A DNA stretch of 64,000 bases from Eledone cirrhosa (GCA_964016885.1 OZ024743.1:301134001-301198000); one strand, 5' to 3'. Positions 29,643-45,082 are shown, counted from the first letter of the stretch. Program-made: numbers and translations. Notes: generated by a model from the letters alone, not told the origin.

Positions 29643-29865
29643 AACAGATGTTAAGATGAATGAACCTGTTATTTTTATCTAAAGTCATTTTTTACAATTC
29701 CATCCAGCCCGTCCCCTCAATCTATTTTATTTCTCATTCTTTCTTCTGATGAAGGACTTGCGTCCGAAACATTAATAACCTCTTCCTGCTATATGAAGCG
29801 TTAACCTCATATATACCTTCCATATATTGTACCCATTGTGTTGTTATTTCTGTTTACCTTTTACA
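29643..29865 (+). mobile_element. PLE terminal remnant with HHR core
   Basis: CUGAUGA-A-GGAC-UUGC-GUCC-GAAAC at 29746-29770. Copy of 8626-8846. Confidence 0.65.
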
Positions 29866-29899
29866 TATATACATATATATATATATATATATATTTTTT

Positions 29900-30120
29900 G
29901 TTTTTTATCGATCGACTCTCGTCAAATCGGACCGAGGAAACAATGTTTTCGTCGGTCTTTCCAGTTGCTAATACTATCTATCGGTCGAAACTCCAGGTAG
30001 AAGGAGCAACGTGAAATAAAGTGTCTCGCTCAAGGACATAACGCATCGCCCGGTCCAGGAATCGAACTCACAATCTCAAGATTGTGAATCCAATTCTCTA
30101 ACCACCAGCCACACGCCTTC
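29900..30120 (-). mobile_element. tRNA-derived SINE (second family, CORE-like body)
   Basis: Minus strand A-box TGGCTGGTGG and B-box GAGTTCGATTC, followed by tgtccttgagcgagacact. Confidence 0.75.
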
Positions 30121-30149
30121 ATATATATATATATGTATATATATATATA

Positions 30150-30408
30150 TTGTTATGCTTTGGGAGGGTCATGTTACCAATAAGAAACACACCCACCAGT
30201 TGCTTTCACTCCAATTTATTATAAATTAAATTCATAAATTTAAGAATTTATAAATTCTTACATTTATAAATTTAATTTATAATACATTTGAGTGATAGCA
30301 ACTGGTGCATGTGTTTCTTATTGGCAACATGACCCTCCCAAAGCATAACAATATAGGTTTCAACACACGTTTTCAGATAAAGAATCTTGCTAAACAAATT
30401 CAGAAACG

Positions 30409-30412
<4 letters not shown>
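30150..30412. mobile_element. Short palindromic terminal remnant of the PLE family at 41878-44772
   Basis: ttgggagggtcatgtt..aacatgaccctcccaa arms. Tail 30352-30412 is the reverse complement of 41878-41935. Confidence 0.85.
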
Positions 30413-30465
<53 letters not shown>

Positions 30466-30489
30466 TTTATATATATATGTATATAATTT

Positions 30490-31478
30490 TAGAATTGAAT
30501 ATAAAAGAAAAAGAAAAACGAACACAGATATATACATATATGTATTCAAATCGCAAGGAACCAGATTCGCTCGGGTGAAAAGAATACTAACTATAGACAA
30601 TACGGTTTGCCTATCTCAGTTGAAGAAAAAATCAAGAGAATAAATACAAACCGGAATTGTGGTAACTAACAATCACCCAGACAGCTCTTGGTGATGTTTT
30701 GCGATATTAATTGTGAATATAAATACCAATTCTTGCACATCAGTGGGTAATGAATTAGTATCCTAGACACTTCTAAGTATATTAAGTAGCTGAATACTGT
30801 GCTATATATAATAACGCACATGGTATCTTAGCGTGTCTCACACACTTACACCACGAACAATAGCAGCCAGGTTTATTCGACATTTGAAATAGCTCAACAA
30901 ATTAACGGAGCAGAATATATCAAATGTATATATTGAGTTAGGAACTCAAAATAGTCTCTTACAATAAAGATATTTCTGCGCCGTATATTATAATTGAATA
31001 TAAAAGAAAAAGAAAACGAGCACAGATATATACATATATGTGTTCAAATCGCCAAGGACCAGATTCGCTAAGGTGAAAAGAATACTAACTACAGGCAATA
31101 GGGTTTGCCTGTCTCAATTTAAGAAAGAATCAAGCAAATAAATACAAACCCGAATTGAGGTAACTATCAATCACCCAGACCGCTCTTGGTGGTGTTTCGC
31201 AATATTAATTGTGAATAGAAATACCAATTCTTGCTCATCAGTGGGTGATGAATTAGTATCCGAGATACTTCTAAGTATATTAAGTAACTGAATAGTGTAC
31301 TATAGATAATAACGCACATGGTATCTTAGCGTGTCTCACAACCTTACAGCACTAAAAATAGCAGGTTTATTCGGCATTTGAAATAACTCGACAAATTAAC
31401 GAAGCCGAATATATGTCGAATAAACCTGGCTGCTATTTTTAGTGGTGTAAGTTTTTGAGACACGCTAAGATACCATGT
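30490..31478 (-). repeat. Non-coding ~498-bp tandem dimer with one hammerhead per unit, plus short inverted flank 31414-31478
   Basis: 30492-30990 is repeated at 30993-31412. HHRs at 30674-30749 and 31172-31247. Confidence 0.8.
31172..31247 (-). ncRNA. Type I hammerhead ribozyme in tandem unit
   Basis: CACCCA-CUGAUGA-GCAA..UUGC-GAAAC..GUC-UGGGUG. Confidence 0.8.
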
Positions 31479-31479
31479 G

Positions 31480-32359
<880 letters not shown>

Positions 32360-33763
32360 GGAATGTGAGCCCATATGTCTATGCGTCTACATAAGCTAAA
32401 TACATACATTTTGTTTACTACGACTCGATTATACAAATGCTATTTTCTCCATCTCCTGGATGAATATGACATATATTAAAATGAATATACGAAATATTTC
32501 TCATATGTAAAATAATGTTTGTGATATTGCCGTACAAATATTGGGAAAATCAATAGAATATTAAATTCAAGTAAATTGCGAATTTTAATAGTTTTAGGAA
32601 AAACTCTTATGTCGATTGCAAGAATACGTACATTGTCTTTTCATTAATGTTTATGGCTAAGAAAATATAACAATGGTTTCGAATGTTAGTGTTATTAGAG
32701 TGCGGTTACACCAGCAATAGTGCCATTATGCGTAACAGTGGAAATATTTCTTTTTACTTTAAAGAAACGGAAGAATTTGTAGGTTAATGGATACATTTTT
32801 TCGACTCTACGACGATATTAATAAGCAAATCCAAATCAAAATACCTATTCTCTCAAAGCTGCCTTGAAATTATGCAAATATTAAAAAAAATTTCCTCGGC
32901 TTGATTTGGCTAGGCGTAACAGTTCCCAATGAAATTGCCATAGAAATATTTAGACCGTTTGAAATTAAATTAAATCGTTGAACGTTTACTATACGTTTTG
33001 GGTGATACATATAATATCAAATATAGTGTCAATAATATATGTATTTTTTCCAACGAAATTATAGTTTAGACATTCCACATCTTCACCACCATCAGTAAAT
33101 ATCTTTCATCATTGTCCACTTATAATTTTACTAACAGCTTAATTCTATTAATGCTGATTCATACACACTCACACCCACACAAGCATGTACGCAGACATAT
33201 ATAATCTAGTGTGTCTAGTCTATGCGTGTGTTTGTATGTACATATATATCTTATACACTCATTAAGCGATATATATATATATATTATCCGTGAGAAGGCA
33301 TACATCATACAGGCACAGAAACTTGTATGAATATATCGCAATTCAACTATTTTATGACGTCCATGTCGGAAGAATTAATTGATGTCTCTAATGTGTTTGC
33401 AATATATTTTTACTAATATTGTATAGTCCTATGATATCTACATCAACCTAGACAACATATTCATTAGATATATCTAGATTTTTTCTGTATGTTACGATGA
33501 TAAGCTGTCAAATATTATTACATTTGCACTATCAATAACTTTCGTTATCAGCATATTGAAAACGAACATCAGTTTATTATAAATAATAAATAATAAAACG
33601 TATATATGGCAGTTTCAAACTAATGCGTACTTAGAACCACAACCTCCACATGAAATAATCACAAAGATATAGTCCCAAGCATATATACACGTGTGTATGC
33701 ATGTATTCATATACAAACACATAACTCTCCCCAATATGTATATATATATATATAAATATATAC

Positions 33764-33850
<87 letters not shown>

Positions 33851-33859
33851 TTGTGTGTG

Positions 33860-34151
33860 TGGAATATTTATATTTACATTTATATTTGATAAACTATATA
33901 TATGTGTTTGTGTCTATATTGTATCTGTATTATTTGTGACCGTTGGTCAGTCAATGGCAATATTGAGGACCGCATAAATTTGATTACCGATATAAAAGAC
34001 ACAGAAGCGAAAAGCGAAAACCAACCAAACTGAGTGTGTTCTGTTATTAATTCTGGCAGTATTACACAAATATGACCCTCCCCAAGTATAACAATATTTG
34101 TTTCGACACACGATTTCATATAAAAAACCTCGCAAAACTAATTCGTCGCCG

Positions 34152-34152
<1 letters not shown>
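33860..34152 (+). mobile_element. PLE terminal remnant related to 52036-53105 and 41878-44772
   Basis: ccgttggtcagtcaatg, cagaagcgaaaa and atgaccctccccaagtataac blocks are shared. Confidence 0.65.
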
Positions 34153-34198
<46 letters not shown>

Positions 34199-34380
34199 AT
34201 ACAAGAACAGAGAAAGCTTTAAGCTAAACTCTGACTAGCATCCATCTCACTCACCAAACATTAGGGTATACGTTAGTACATCCCAATTTTGTGTTTGGGG
34301 TGCTAACTATGTGTATTTTGTGGAAAGCCAGTTGTATTATTTTATATGAGATATAATTAAAATAAAAATATATCTCTCTT

Positions 34381-34503
34381 TCCAAACAATTGTTTCATTA
34401 TAAGTTTTCTACAAGTTGGGAGAATGTTTCCAGCTTATGTAGAAGCCTGACATATTTTTCTGTAAGAATATATGTAGGTGGGCAGTTATAAATCATCAGT
34501 GGA
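34381..34503 (-). ncRNA. Type I hammerhead with long stem II insertion, in remnant 34197-34690
   Basis: UCCA-CUGAUGA-U-UUAUAA..(~80 nt)..UUAUAA-U-GAAA-CAAUUG-UU-UGGA. Confidence 0.6.
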
Positions 34504-34690
34504 TGCCCATAAAACTTTGATATAAGAAAACATTTCTTACCGCAGTTATCTTTCGTGTCCACTAAGTCGTCCCTTCACGCATCAAATGACCGCCGAATTT
34601 AAAATTCCAGCAGTCTTTAGACTGAGAAAATATCATAGCGTCACGAAGCGGAAAAGGGAGGCAATCGCGAGTCACAAGAAAAGTAAAATA

Positions 34691-34763
<73 letters not shown>

Positions 34764-34825
34764 TAAATAAAGGGGAAAGCAGCGATTCTTTCCTTAAACT
34801 TTAATTTGTTATTTTAATATATATA

Positions 34826-36399
34826 TCGTAATAAGAATATTTGTGTCTATATATGTTTGATATAACTATAAATATGTCGGGTAGTACTAAGCACTACCCT
34901 GTTACTGGTATGACAAAAGGCTCAATGCAAATTTTCAAGTGTTTTATAGAACCGAGATACAAAGTGTTAAAACGATCACATTTGAGTTTAGAACATTCAT
35001 TAGCTGACAATTCTTTCTTCCAGAACGAAGTCTGGATTCATCCGAGCATAAGGAATGTCGAAAACATGTAATTAGAATCCTAGTCATTTAGAACATTTAG
35101 GGTACATAATTGTTATTAGTGTCAAAGGCATCATGTGGAGAGTCAGGAGATAAAAATATGTTCCGCTTGAAATAACACAATTACAGGCACCACTGGTTAC
35201 TTATACCAATAGCTATAAGTAAAATTAAAAAGTAAAAAGCACAAGCAAAAATAATCACAAATAAAAATCACAGACAAAAAAGTTATAAGCAAGGACAATT
35301 GGTGCACAATGCAGGAGTGAATACAGTTGATAAGTCATGTATGAGCAAAGAGTTATAATGCAGTTGAAATAAACATATTTTGTGTGGGGTGTTAAAGCAT
35401 GTTATAATTGTTATAAATCTTTAAGATAGTGTGCAATTTTTTTGAGAGGCATGTGGTGATAATGTTGGTATTTTTTATGTAAGGTGTAATGCAAAGCAAT
35501 AGATGGAGTTGGGTATGTGATTTTCATTTAAGTGTTTTTGAGTTGTAGTTTGTATTTATGTGCATGTGTTGTTTGTTACTCACATCTATTAACCATGGGA
35601 TTATTATAGTCGTTTATAGTCAATAGGTGTTTGTTTGTTTAATGTAAATTCCTCCGAATTACTGGCCATGTTGTTATTGTAGGTATATTATCTTCTGTAT
35701 TTTTATCTACAAATTATCTTTTCTAGGGTTTGTATTAACCGCTATTAAGTTGTTGGTGAACCGTTAGGTTGTTTAATTTTATAAGTTTACCATAACATTT
35801 ATTTTATAAGTTTACCATAGAATTTGAAAAATAAAAATCACATACCCAACACTATGTAGTTCTTTGCATTAAAACTTATATAAAAAAAATACCCACATTA
35901 TCAACACACGCCTCTCTAACAAATTGCACACTATCTTAAACATTTATAACAATTATAACATGCTTTAACAACCCACACAAAATATGTTTATTTCAACTGT
36001 ATTATAACTCTTTCCTCATACATGCCTTATTGACTGTATTGACTCCTGCATTGTACACCTATTGTCCTTGCTTAAAACTTATTTGCCTGTGTTTTTTGGG
36101 GCTCGTGATTTATTTGCTTGTGCTTTTTACTGTTTACTTTTACTTATAACTATTACTCTTCCAACCAGCGCTGCCTGTAATTGTGTTATTTCAAGCGGAA
36201 CATCTTTTTAACTCCTGACTCTCCACATGATGCATTTGACACTAATAACAATTATGTACCTTAAATATTCTAAATAACTAGGAGTCGAGTTACTTGTTTT
36301 CGACATTCCTTATGCTCCGATGATTCCAGACTTCCCTCTGGAAGAAACAATTGTCAGCTAATAAATGTTCTAAACTAAAATTTGATCGTTTTAACACTT

Positions 36400-36402
<3 letters not shown>
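34826..36402. mobile_element. PLE 3' UTR fold-back (arms ~34955-35530 / ~35825-36402; left tail 34826-34954)
   Basis: ~570-bp inverted arms. HHR GCU-CCGAUGA-UUCCAGA..UCUGGAA-GAAA-CAAUUG-UC-AGC at 36314-36358, mirror at ~35001-35047. Confidence 0.85.
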
Positions 36403-36460
<58 letters not shown>

Positions 36461-37252
36461 AAATGTGTGTAATCCTTGGTACAGTTAGGTATATTAAGAC
36501 AGGGCGGAAGAAAAACTGGCTTCACTTGTGCTTTCAACAAATTTATTTTTTTCACAAAATCAAAAAATTTTTTTTTTCCGGATTAGAAAAAAAATTTTTC
36601 TTAGAAAAAATTATTTTATAAATTAAGTTGTTGGTTGTTGGTTAGGTCTTAGGAGTTCTTGATTAACGTAGGAGGTATTGTTTCGTTTTTAGAACGACCT
36701 TTCATGCTGAGGTGCGCTTGTCAATCTGATGTGTATGTGGTGTGTTGTTCTATATATAGGGATTTAACATGTCTGTGGTGTGGTAGGGGTTTCTTTTCTC
36801 CCCCTTTAATAAGTGTATGGGTGTAGGTGTGTTGAAAAAGTGTTAATAGCAGTAATGAGTTGAGACGGTGAGTAGGGTTGGGTGGGGAGAAATGTAGCAA
36901 GCGCGGCCTGCCCCGGTCATTCTCGAAAAATTCCTTTATTCAGGGGAAAAAAGCTTTTAGTATTCCTTTTGTGTTGAGAATGGTCACAGGCAAATCGCAC
37001 CTGCTAAGTTTGTAAATACTTATTTTTTTATTTTTTCTGTAGAATTTTTCTACATCCATCCCAAAATTAGTCCTTTGTTCAACACACACATATGTTCGTA
37101 TATGCGTACATACACACACGGGCATATGTAGGAATATATAGGCACACACCATCAATCACACACCCATGTACACATACATCCACATACATACGCAAAAACA
37201 AGTAGAGACACATATAAAAACACATATACACATACGTACACACACGAACATG

Positions 37253-37318
<66 letters not shown>

Positions 37319-37379
37319 CATATATACACATACATATACATATACACACATATACACATATATACACATATATACACAA

Positions 37380-37420
<41 letters not shown>

Positions 37421-37608
37421 TACACATACATACATACACATACATACATATACACATATAAAGATACATAACTAAATATACATATATACACATACACGCA
37501 CACATACATACACACACACACACGTGTACACACACACACACATACATATGTCCGTATATATACCTCCGTTCACGCATACATGCATACACACACACATACG
37601 CACATACA

Positions 37609-37648
<40 letters not shown>

Positions 37649-37808
37649 GAGAGAGGCATACACACACATATATATATATACATACACATACATATATATC
37701 CATATATATATACATATACATATATATACACATATATATATATACATACACATACACATACACATACAAGTACATACGTACACACATACACACATACACA
37801 CTACACAT

Positions 37809-37883
<75 letters not shown>

Positions 37884-37960
37884 TACATACACACACATAC
37901 ATACACACATACATATATACATATATATATGTGTACACACGAGCACATAAAGACACATAT

Positions 37961-38053
<93 letters not shown>

Positions 38054-38276
38054 TATACATACATCTACATACAAACATACATATACACATACAGAAACAT
38101 ACACATATGTGCACACATATATACATATATGCACATACATACACACACACACTCAGATATAGGTACATACATATACATACACACACATATAAACATATAT
38201 ATCTATCTATATATATATATATACATATATATATACAAACATACACATACATACATATACATATACATGCATATAC

Positions 38277-38311
<35 letters not shown>

Positions 38312-38524
38312 CACACACACATACAAACATACACACATCTATACATATATACACACACACACACACATACACACAGCCATATACATATATACCCACACGT
38401 ACATACATCCATACATACCTACACACACATATGTGTGTGTCTCACCGTTCACTCAGATATTCATGTGTATACATAAGAAGAGTGAGGTGGGTAGTGAAAT
38501 GGAATTTTACCTCCGAGTGTTAAT

Positions 38525-40452
38525 TCATTTTTTCGTGTTCAGAAGTGGTTTAAATTTTTCAATGAAGAATTCTTCTTTATATCTGCGGAAATGTTCGTTA
38601 TCCGACCATATCTTGAAGAAAGGGAAGATTGTGAATTTTCCCTTCCCGCATGATTCAAAGTGTGCGCTACATGTGGTATTTCTGACTGTGGGGTCTTTAA
38701 TTTGTTGTTTATGTACCCGGACTCTATCATGTATTCCCGTTCCGGTTTCCCCAATGTAATACTCTTTACACTGTGGACATATTGCGCAATATATTAGGTT
38801 TTTCGTTTTGCAGTTCATGTTAGCATTGACCTTGAAATTATCATGGTTTTTGAAGGACAACTGTTTGCCCTCTTCGATGTGTTCACAGGTTCCACATCTT
38901 GGGTCCTCGCATTTCGTCACTTGCATTGATTCCATGTTGGTCGTAAATTTTGCCTTGGTAATTAGTTTTTTAAGGTTGGGTGCTTGGCTTCTGCTATAAA
39001 TTATCTGTGTGTTTTTTAAGAGTGCATTCAATTTGGTAGCTTGCTGTAGAATCGGGAGATACTGCTTAGCAGTTTTCACAATGTTGATGGTCCCTGGGTT
39101 GTGAGTGATGACAAAAGAGATAGCAGGGTTTTCTTTTTTATGTTGTGGGTTTGGTTTTCTCAGTGTTGTTATTGGGATGTTCTTAGCCTTGGAGATGGCT
39201 GCGTTGATGAGTTTCATCGGGTATTCTTGTTTTTTAAGGAATTTTTTCAGGTCACATAATCTTTTTTCTTGTAGTACGGGGTGTGTTGCTATAGTGCAGA
39301 TGCGCCTTGACATGTTGAAGGGGATGTTCCTTTTCGTATGTGAGGGGTGTGCTGACCGGAAATTTAAGTATTGGTGTGTGTCAGTGGGTTTGCAAAATAG
39401 GTCCGTTATGATATTTTCCCCTTCTTTAATGATGAGGATATCTAGAAAGGGCAGTTCCTTTTCGTTACATTCCATAGTGAATTGTATAGCTTCATGAAGC
39501 CTGTTTAGGATCGAATAAAATTTGTGTAGGTCTGTTTGGCTTCTGTTCCAGAAGATGAAGCAGTCATCTAGGTAACGTTTCCAGTTTTTATTAATGTAGA
39601 AGGCGAAGTCGTGACTGAATGTTATCTGTAGTTGGGAATATAATTTTGCCTCTAAGTGACCCATGACGAGCGTTGCATATGTAGGGGCCACTTTGGAACC
39701 CATGGCTGTTCCTTTTATTTGTAGATAAAGTTCGTTGTCGAAGAGGAAGTGGTTGTTTTCCAATACTAATTTAAGTCCTTCCAAGATGAATTATTTGGGG
39801 AATCTTTTTGAAATGTGACTTGAGTGTTTTGTAATCCAGAAGTCCACAGCTTCAATCCTTAGGTCGTGTGGGATGTTAGTGTACCGGCTTATTACATCAA
39901 AACTGACTAGGATTGTATCCTGGTGTACTTTTTGGGGGATATAGTTAAGGAATTCCATATCATCTCTGATGTAGCTTGGAACTTTTTTACATGGGAGTTT
40001 GAGTATGATGTCTAATAGGTTGCTTATACGTTGTGTGCTTGAGGCTGGGCCAGCAATAATGGGGCGTAATTTTAAGTCTGTCTGTTTTGGTGCTTCGATG
40101 TACGATGTATTTTTCCCTTTTATGTTGTTTTGGATTTCTATGGATTTGTGAATCATTGGTAATCCCTAGCAATTGCTGGTTTTCATTTCGAAGTTGGTTA
40201 GTAATCTACTTCTGTTGGTGTTAGGTTGTTTTGGTACTTTGTTGTTAGTTTGCCTATTTGGTTCCTCGATTTCCTTTCTTCGTTTTTTAGTGATTTTCCT
40301 GTAGAAGTTTTCGACATTCAAGTGTGCTAGAACCATATCTTTATAGTGGTTTGTGTGCATGATGACGATTGCTCCACCTTTGTCCGCTTATTTTATTATT
40401 ATTGAGGAATCCCTTTGTAGCTTGTTCAATGCTAGTAGTTGGTCTGTAGGGA
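38525..40452 (-). pseudogene. PLE A polyprotein (RT + zinc knuckle + GIY-YIG), frameshifted and 5'-truncated
   Basis: ADKGGAIVI, LRPIIAG, SFDVISRYTNIP, GTAMGSKVAP, RYLDDCF, LPFLDI, CEDPRCGTC, NLIYCAICPQCKEYYIGET. 38525-39784 is open. Confidence 0.92.
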
Positions 40453-40454
40453 TG

Positions 40455-41328
40455 TTTTGCAAACCCACTGACACACACCAATACTTAAATTTCCGCTCAG
40501 CACACCCCTCACATACGAAAAGGAACATCCCCTTCAACATGGCAAGGCGCATCTGCACTATAGCAACACACCCCGTACTACAAGAAAAAAGATTATGTGA
40601 CCTGAAAAAATTCCTTAAAAAACAAGAATACCCGATGAAACTCATCAGCGCAGCCATCTCCAAGGTTAAGAACATCCCAATAACAACACTGAGAAAACCA
40701 AACCCACAACATAAAAAAGAAAACCCTGCTATCTCTTTTGTCATCATTCACAACCCAGGGAACATCAGCATTGTGACAACTGCTAAGCAGTATCTCCCGA
40801 TTCTACAGCAATCTGCCAAAATGAATGCTCTCTTAAAAAACACACAGATAATTTATAGCAGAAGCCAAGCACCCAACCTTAAAAAACTAATTACCAAGGC
40901 AAAATTTACGACCAATATGGAATCAAGGCAAGTGACGAAATGCGGGGACCCTAGATGTGGAACCTGTGAACTCATCGAAGAGGGCAAACAGTTGTCCTTC
41001 AAAAACCATGATAATTTCAAGGTCACTGCTAACATGAACTGCAAAACGAAAAACCTAATATATTGCGCAACATGTCCACAGTGTAAAGGGTATTACATTG
41101 GGGAAACCGGAACGGGATTACATGATAGAGTCCGGGTACATAAACAACAAATTAAAGACCCCACAGTCTGAAATACCTCATGTAGCGCACACTTTGCATC
41201 ATGCGGGAAGGGAAAATTCACAGTCTTCCCTTTCTTCAAGATATGGTCGGATAATGAACATTTCCGCAGATTTAAAGAATTCTTCATTGAAAAATTTAAA
41301 CCACTACTGAACACGAAAAAATGAATTA
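40455..41328 (+). pseudogene. Inverted partial copy of the PLE A thumb and endonuclease
   Basis: CKPTDTHQYL..YYIGETG, near-identical to 38525-39397, with a premature stop at 41171. Confidence 0.9.
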
Positions 41329-41707
41329 ACACTCGGAGGTAAAATTCCATTTCACTGCTCCCCCTCCCCTCTTCTTATGTATACACATGAATATCTGAGT
41401 GAACGGTGAGACACACACATATGTGTGTGTAGGTATGTATGGATGTATGTATGTGTGGGTATATATGTATGTGGCTGTGTGTATGGGTGTGTATATATAT
41501 GTATGGATGTGTGTATGTTTGTATGTGTGTGTGTATATATATATATATATAGATATATATATATGTTTATATGTGTGTGTATGTATATGTATGTGCCTAT
41601 ATGTGTGTGTGTGTGTTTGTGTGTATGTATGTGCATATTTGTATATATGTGTGCACATATGTGTATGTTTCTGTATGTGTATATGTATGTATGTAGATGT
41701 ATGTATA

Positions 41708-41760
<53 letters not shown>

Positions 41761-41839
41761 GTATGTATATATGTGTCTTTATGTGCTCGTGTGTACACAT
41801 ATATATATGTATATATGTATGTGTGTATGTATGTGTGTG

Positions 41840-41878
<39 letters not shown>

Positions 41879-42333
41879 CGTTTCTGAATTTGTTTAGCAA
41901 GATTCTTTATCTGAAATCGTGTGTTGAAACCGATATTGTTATACTTTGGGAGGGTCATGTTGCCAATAAGAAACACACAAACCAGTTGCTTTCCCTTCAA
42001 TTAATTATATATTTATAAATTTATAAATTTACAAATTTATAAATTTCTGGTTGGTTGGTTCCACAACCAGATAGTTGTTTATATCTAGTCATAGTCATTT
42101 CGTCACACACTATGTGACCTCTTCAGTAACTGGGGATTCCTTTCTTTGTTTCTGGGCCTTTCCTTTCTTCTGTCCTACGCCATTTTGTTTCTGTGTGTGT
42201 GCTGTGTGCTCAATTTGCGCATGCGCCACATCCGGGTGTCTGTGTGTGTTTGTGTTCATTTATCTATTTGTTTATTTATACATGTTATTGGTTGGTTGTT
42301 TTTTCTATGTGTGTGTTTGTTCTCATTTTGTCC

Positions 42334-43843
42334 TTAATTGTAAGTTGTGATGTTGCTGTTCCACTCATATTTTCTATTTAATTTTGGTTGTAATTCTTTT
42401 ATGTTTATTGCCTCTGTAATTTTTCTAAACATTGCATCTTTTCTTTGTGTAGATTCTATTTTTATTTCTATGTTCTCTAATTTACCCTTGTGTTCTATCT
42501 TAGCATGTTGGTAGAGTACAGATGATTCTTTATTATCTTGAAGGTCTCGCCAGTGTTCATTTATCCGTTCCCCTATACTACGAGCTGTCTCACCTATGTA
42601 CACTATATTTTTGTTTCTACATTGTCCTTCAGTACATCTTATGCTATACACTACATTTCTAGTTTTACAGTTAATATGGGGGCTTATTTTACAGGTTATA
42701 CATTTCTTATCTATACATGAGGGTCTTTGGAACGGGTATGACTTGCTAATAAGTGTTTTTACGGAGGTAACTGGTCTTTCTACTATCTTAATATTGAGTT
42801 TATGTTTATTTAGGGCCCTTCTAAATTTGTAGGCTAGTTCGCCTCTAGTGGTTGTATCGATGAACATTACACTCTGGTATTTATTGCTATCATACCATGA
42901 GTTTATTCTATCGGCCTTGTTCCTAGTTCTTTCTATTCTATTCCAAAATTTGCTCCTATACAAGGGGCAGGTCCCATTTATGTCATTATTTACCATTTTT
43001 TCCCATTTGGTTCTGGCTCCTCTATACACTCTGATTCTATCTCTCTGATTGTAGCCAGAGAACTGCATACGGTGGATGAAGTGTTGTATGTGTCTCTCTA
43101 GTTCTTCGGGGTTGCACATGCGGGACACATTTCTCATCATCCGTACCAAATCCGCAATCAGTATGTTGATTTTGGTATAGTCCGAAATGGCCCAGTTTCG
43201 GTGGATCAGATGTTTGGAAGTCATGGGTTTGGCATAATGGGAATGGAGGTTTTTTTTTTGGTTGTTAATGGTATCTAACCAGAGCTCTTTGTCTAGTACA
43301 GGTAATCGATGGTCGGGGTGTCTACTTGGGTAGTCTATAGTAACTCTAATGCTCTGGTGGATGGAGTTTGCTATTTGCTGGATGCTTTCCATTGTGTTTT
43401 TCTCTAGTTCGTGACTGTTCTCTAGTGGGGGTGTCTTAACTACGATGTTTATATCATCTACGTAGCGGGAGTACATTATCAGGGTTAAGCTGTCTTCTAA
43501 CTGTTCTTTAAGTTTAAGTTTAAGTTTACTGTCCCACCATACCATGAATAAGTTAGCTATGTCGCCTGCAATGCTAACACCAATGGCTGCTCCTTCCTCT
43601 TGGGCATATGTTTTTCCATTAAATTTGAACATATGTTCCTTAAGGGTTAATTTTATGCTGGCCCCTACCGCATGTGCAATCATTTTCTTCAGTTCATCGT
43701 CGTTTTCGGGTGTCCGTATGGCTCTGGTCCACCCGTTACATCTATCTGTGTGGGTTTTCTTGGCCATTGAGGTAATAGTAGGTGGTCTGCCTCTTGCTGG
43801 TCTTGTAGGGCACAGGTTGCTAAGGTCATATGTGTCTAGGTAA
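42334..43843 (-). pseudogene. PLE B polyprotein C-terminal part (RT + GIY-YIG)
   Basis: GAAIGVSIAG, SRYVDDI, LPVLD, CIDKKCITC, NVVYSIRC..YIGETARS. Open 42334-43767 but 5'-truncated. Confidence 0.9.
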
Positions 43844-44572
43844 CTATTACTATGGGTACTAGAGGCGAACTAGCCCACAAATTTAGAAGGGCCCTAAATA
43901 AACATAAACTCAATATTAAGATAGTAGAAAGACCAGGTACCGTAAAAACACTTATTAGCAAGACATACCCGTTCCAAAGACCCTCATGTATATATAAGAA
44001 ATGTATAACCTGTAAAATAAGCCCCCATATTAACTGTAAAACTAGAAATGTAGTGTATAGCATAAGATGTACTGAAGGACAATGTAGAAACAAAAATATA
44101 GTGTACATAGGTGAGACAGCTCGTAGTATAGGGGAACGGATAAATGAACACTGGCGAGACCTTCAAGATAATAAAGAATCATCTGTACTCTACCAACATG
44201 CTAAGATAGAACACAAGGGTAAATTAGAGAACATAGAAATAAAAATAGAATCTACACAGAAAAGATGCAACGTTTAGACAAATTACAGAGGCAATAAACA
44301 TAAAAGAATTACAACCAAAATTAAATAGAAAATATGAGTGGAATAGCAACATCACAACTTACAATTAAGGACAAAATGAAAACACACACACACATAGAAA
44401 AAACAACCAACCAATAACAATTAAATAAATAAACAAATAGATAAATGAACACAAACACACACAGTAACCCAGATGTGGCGCATGCGCAAACTGAGCACAC
44501 AACACACACACAGAAACAAAATGGTGTAGGACAGAAGAAAGGAAAGGCACAGAAACAAAGAAATGAATCCCC

Positions 44573-44617
44573 AGTCACTGAAGAGGTCACATAGTGTGTG
44601 ACGAAAGGACTATGACT
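44573..44617 (+). ncRNA. Minimal type I hammerhead of PLE B (mirror at 42087-42131 on -)
   Basis: AGUCA-CUGAAGA-G-GUCACA-UAGUG-UGUGAC-GAAA-GGAC-UA-UGACU. Confidence 0.8.
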
Positions 44618-44766
44618 ATATATAAACAACTATCTGGTTGTGGAACCAGCCAACCAACCAGAAATTTATAAATTTGTAAATTTATAAATGTATAAATATA
44701 TAATAAATTGAAGTGAAACATGTGGTGCGTGTGTTTCTTATTTGCAACATGACCCCCCCAAAGTAT

Positions 44767-44808
<42 letters not shown>

Positions 44809-44885
44809 CTATGTATATGTATGTGTATGTGTGTATGTGTGTATGTGTGTATGTATGTACTTGTATGTGTATGTGCACGTGTATG

Positions 44886-44973
<88 letters not shown>

Positions 44974-45082
44974 ATATATATGTATGTGTATATATATGGA
45001 TATATATGTATGTGTATATGTATGTATATGTGTGTATGTGTCTCTATGTGTTTATGTGTACATATATGTATATATATATGTA

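Larger units (their letters stand above)
41878..44772. mobile_element. Penelope-like element B (Nematis-like, tentative) fold-back nested in a (TA)n of A's right arm
   Basis: Left copy 41878-43843 (-), inverted copy 43857-44772 (+). TA on both sides. ~57-nt tail on the left arm only. Confidence 0.9.

Noticed and set aside
30040-30120. tRNA gene
   Set aside because: A and B boxes are present but there is no full cloverleaf, and it continues into a SINE body.
40353-41171. 272-aa ORF as an independent gene
   Set aside because: Chimeric frame across the inversion junction of PLE A. The N-terminus is antisense RT sequence.
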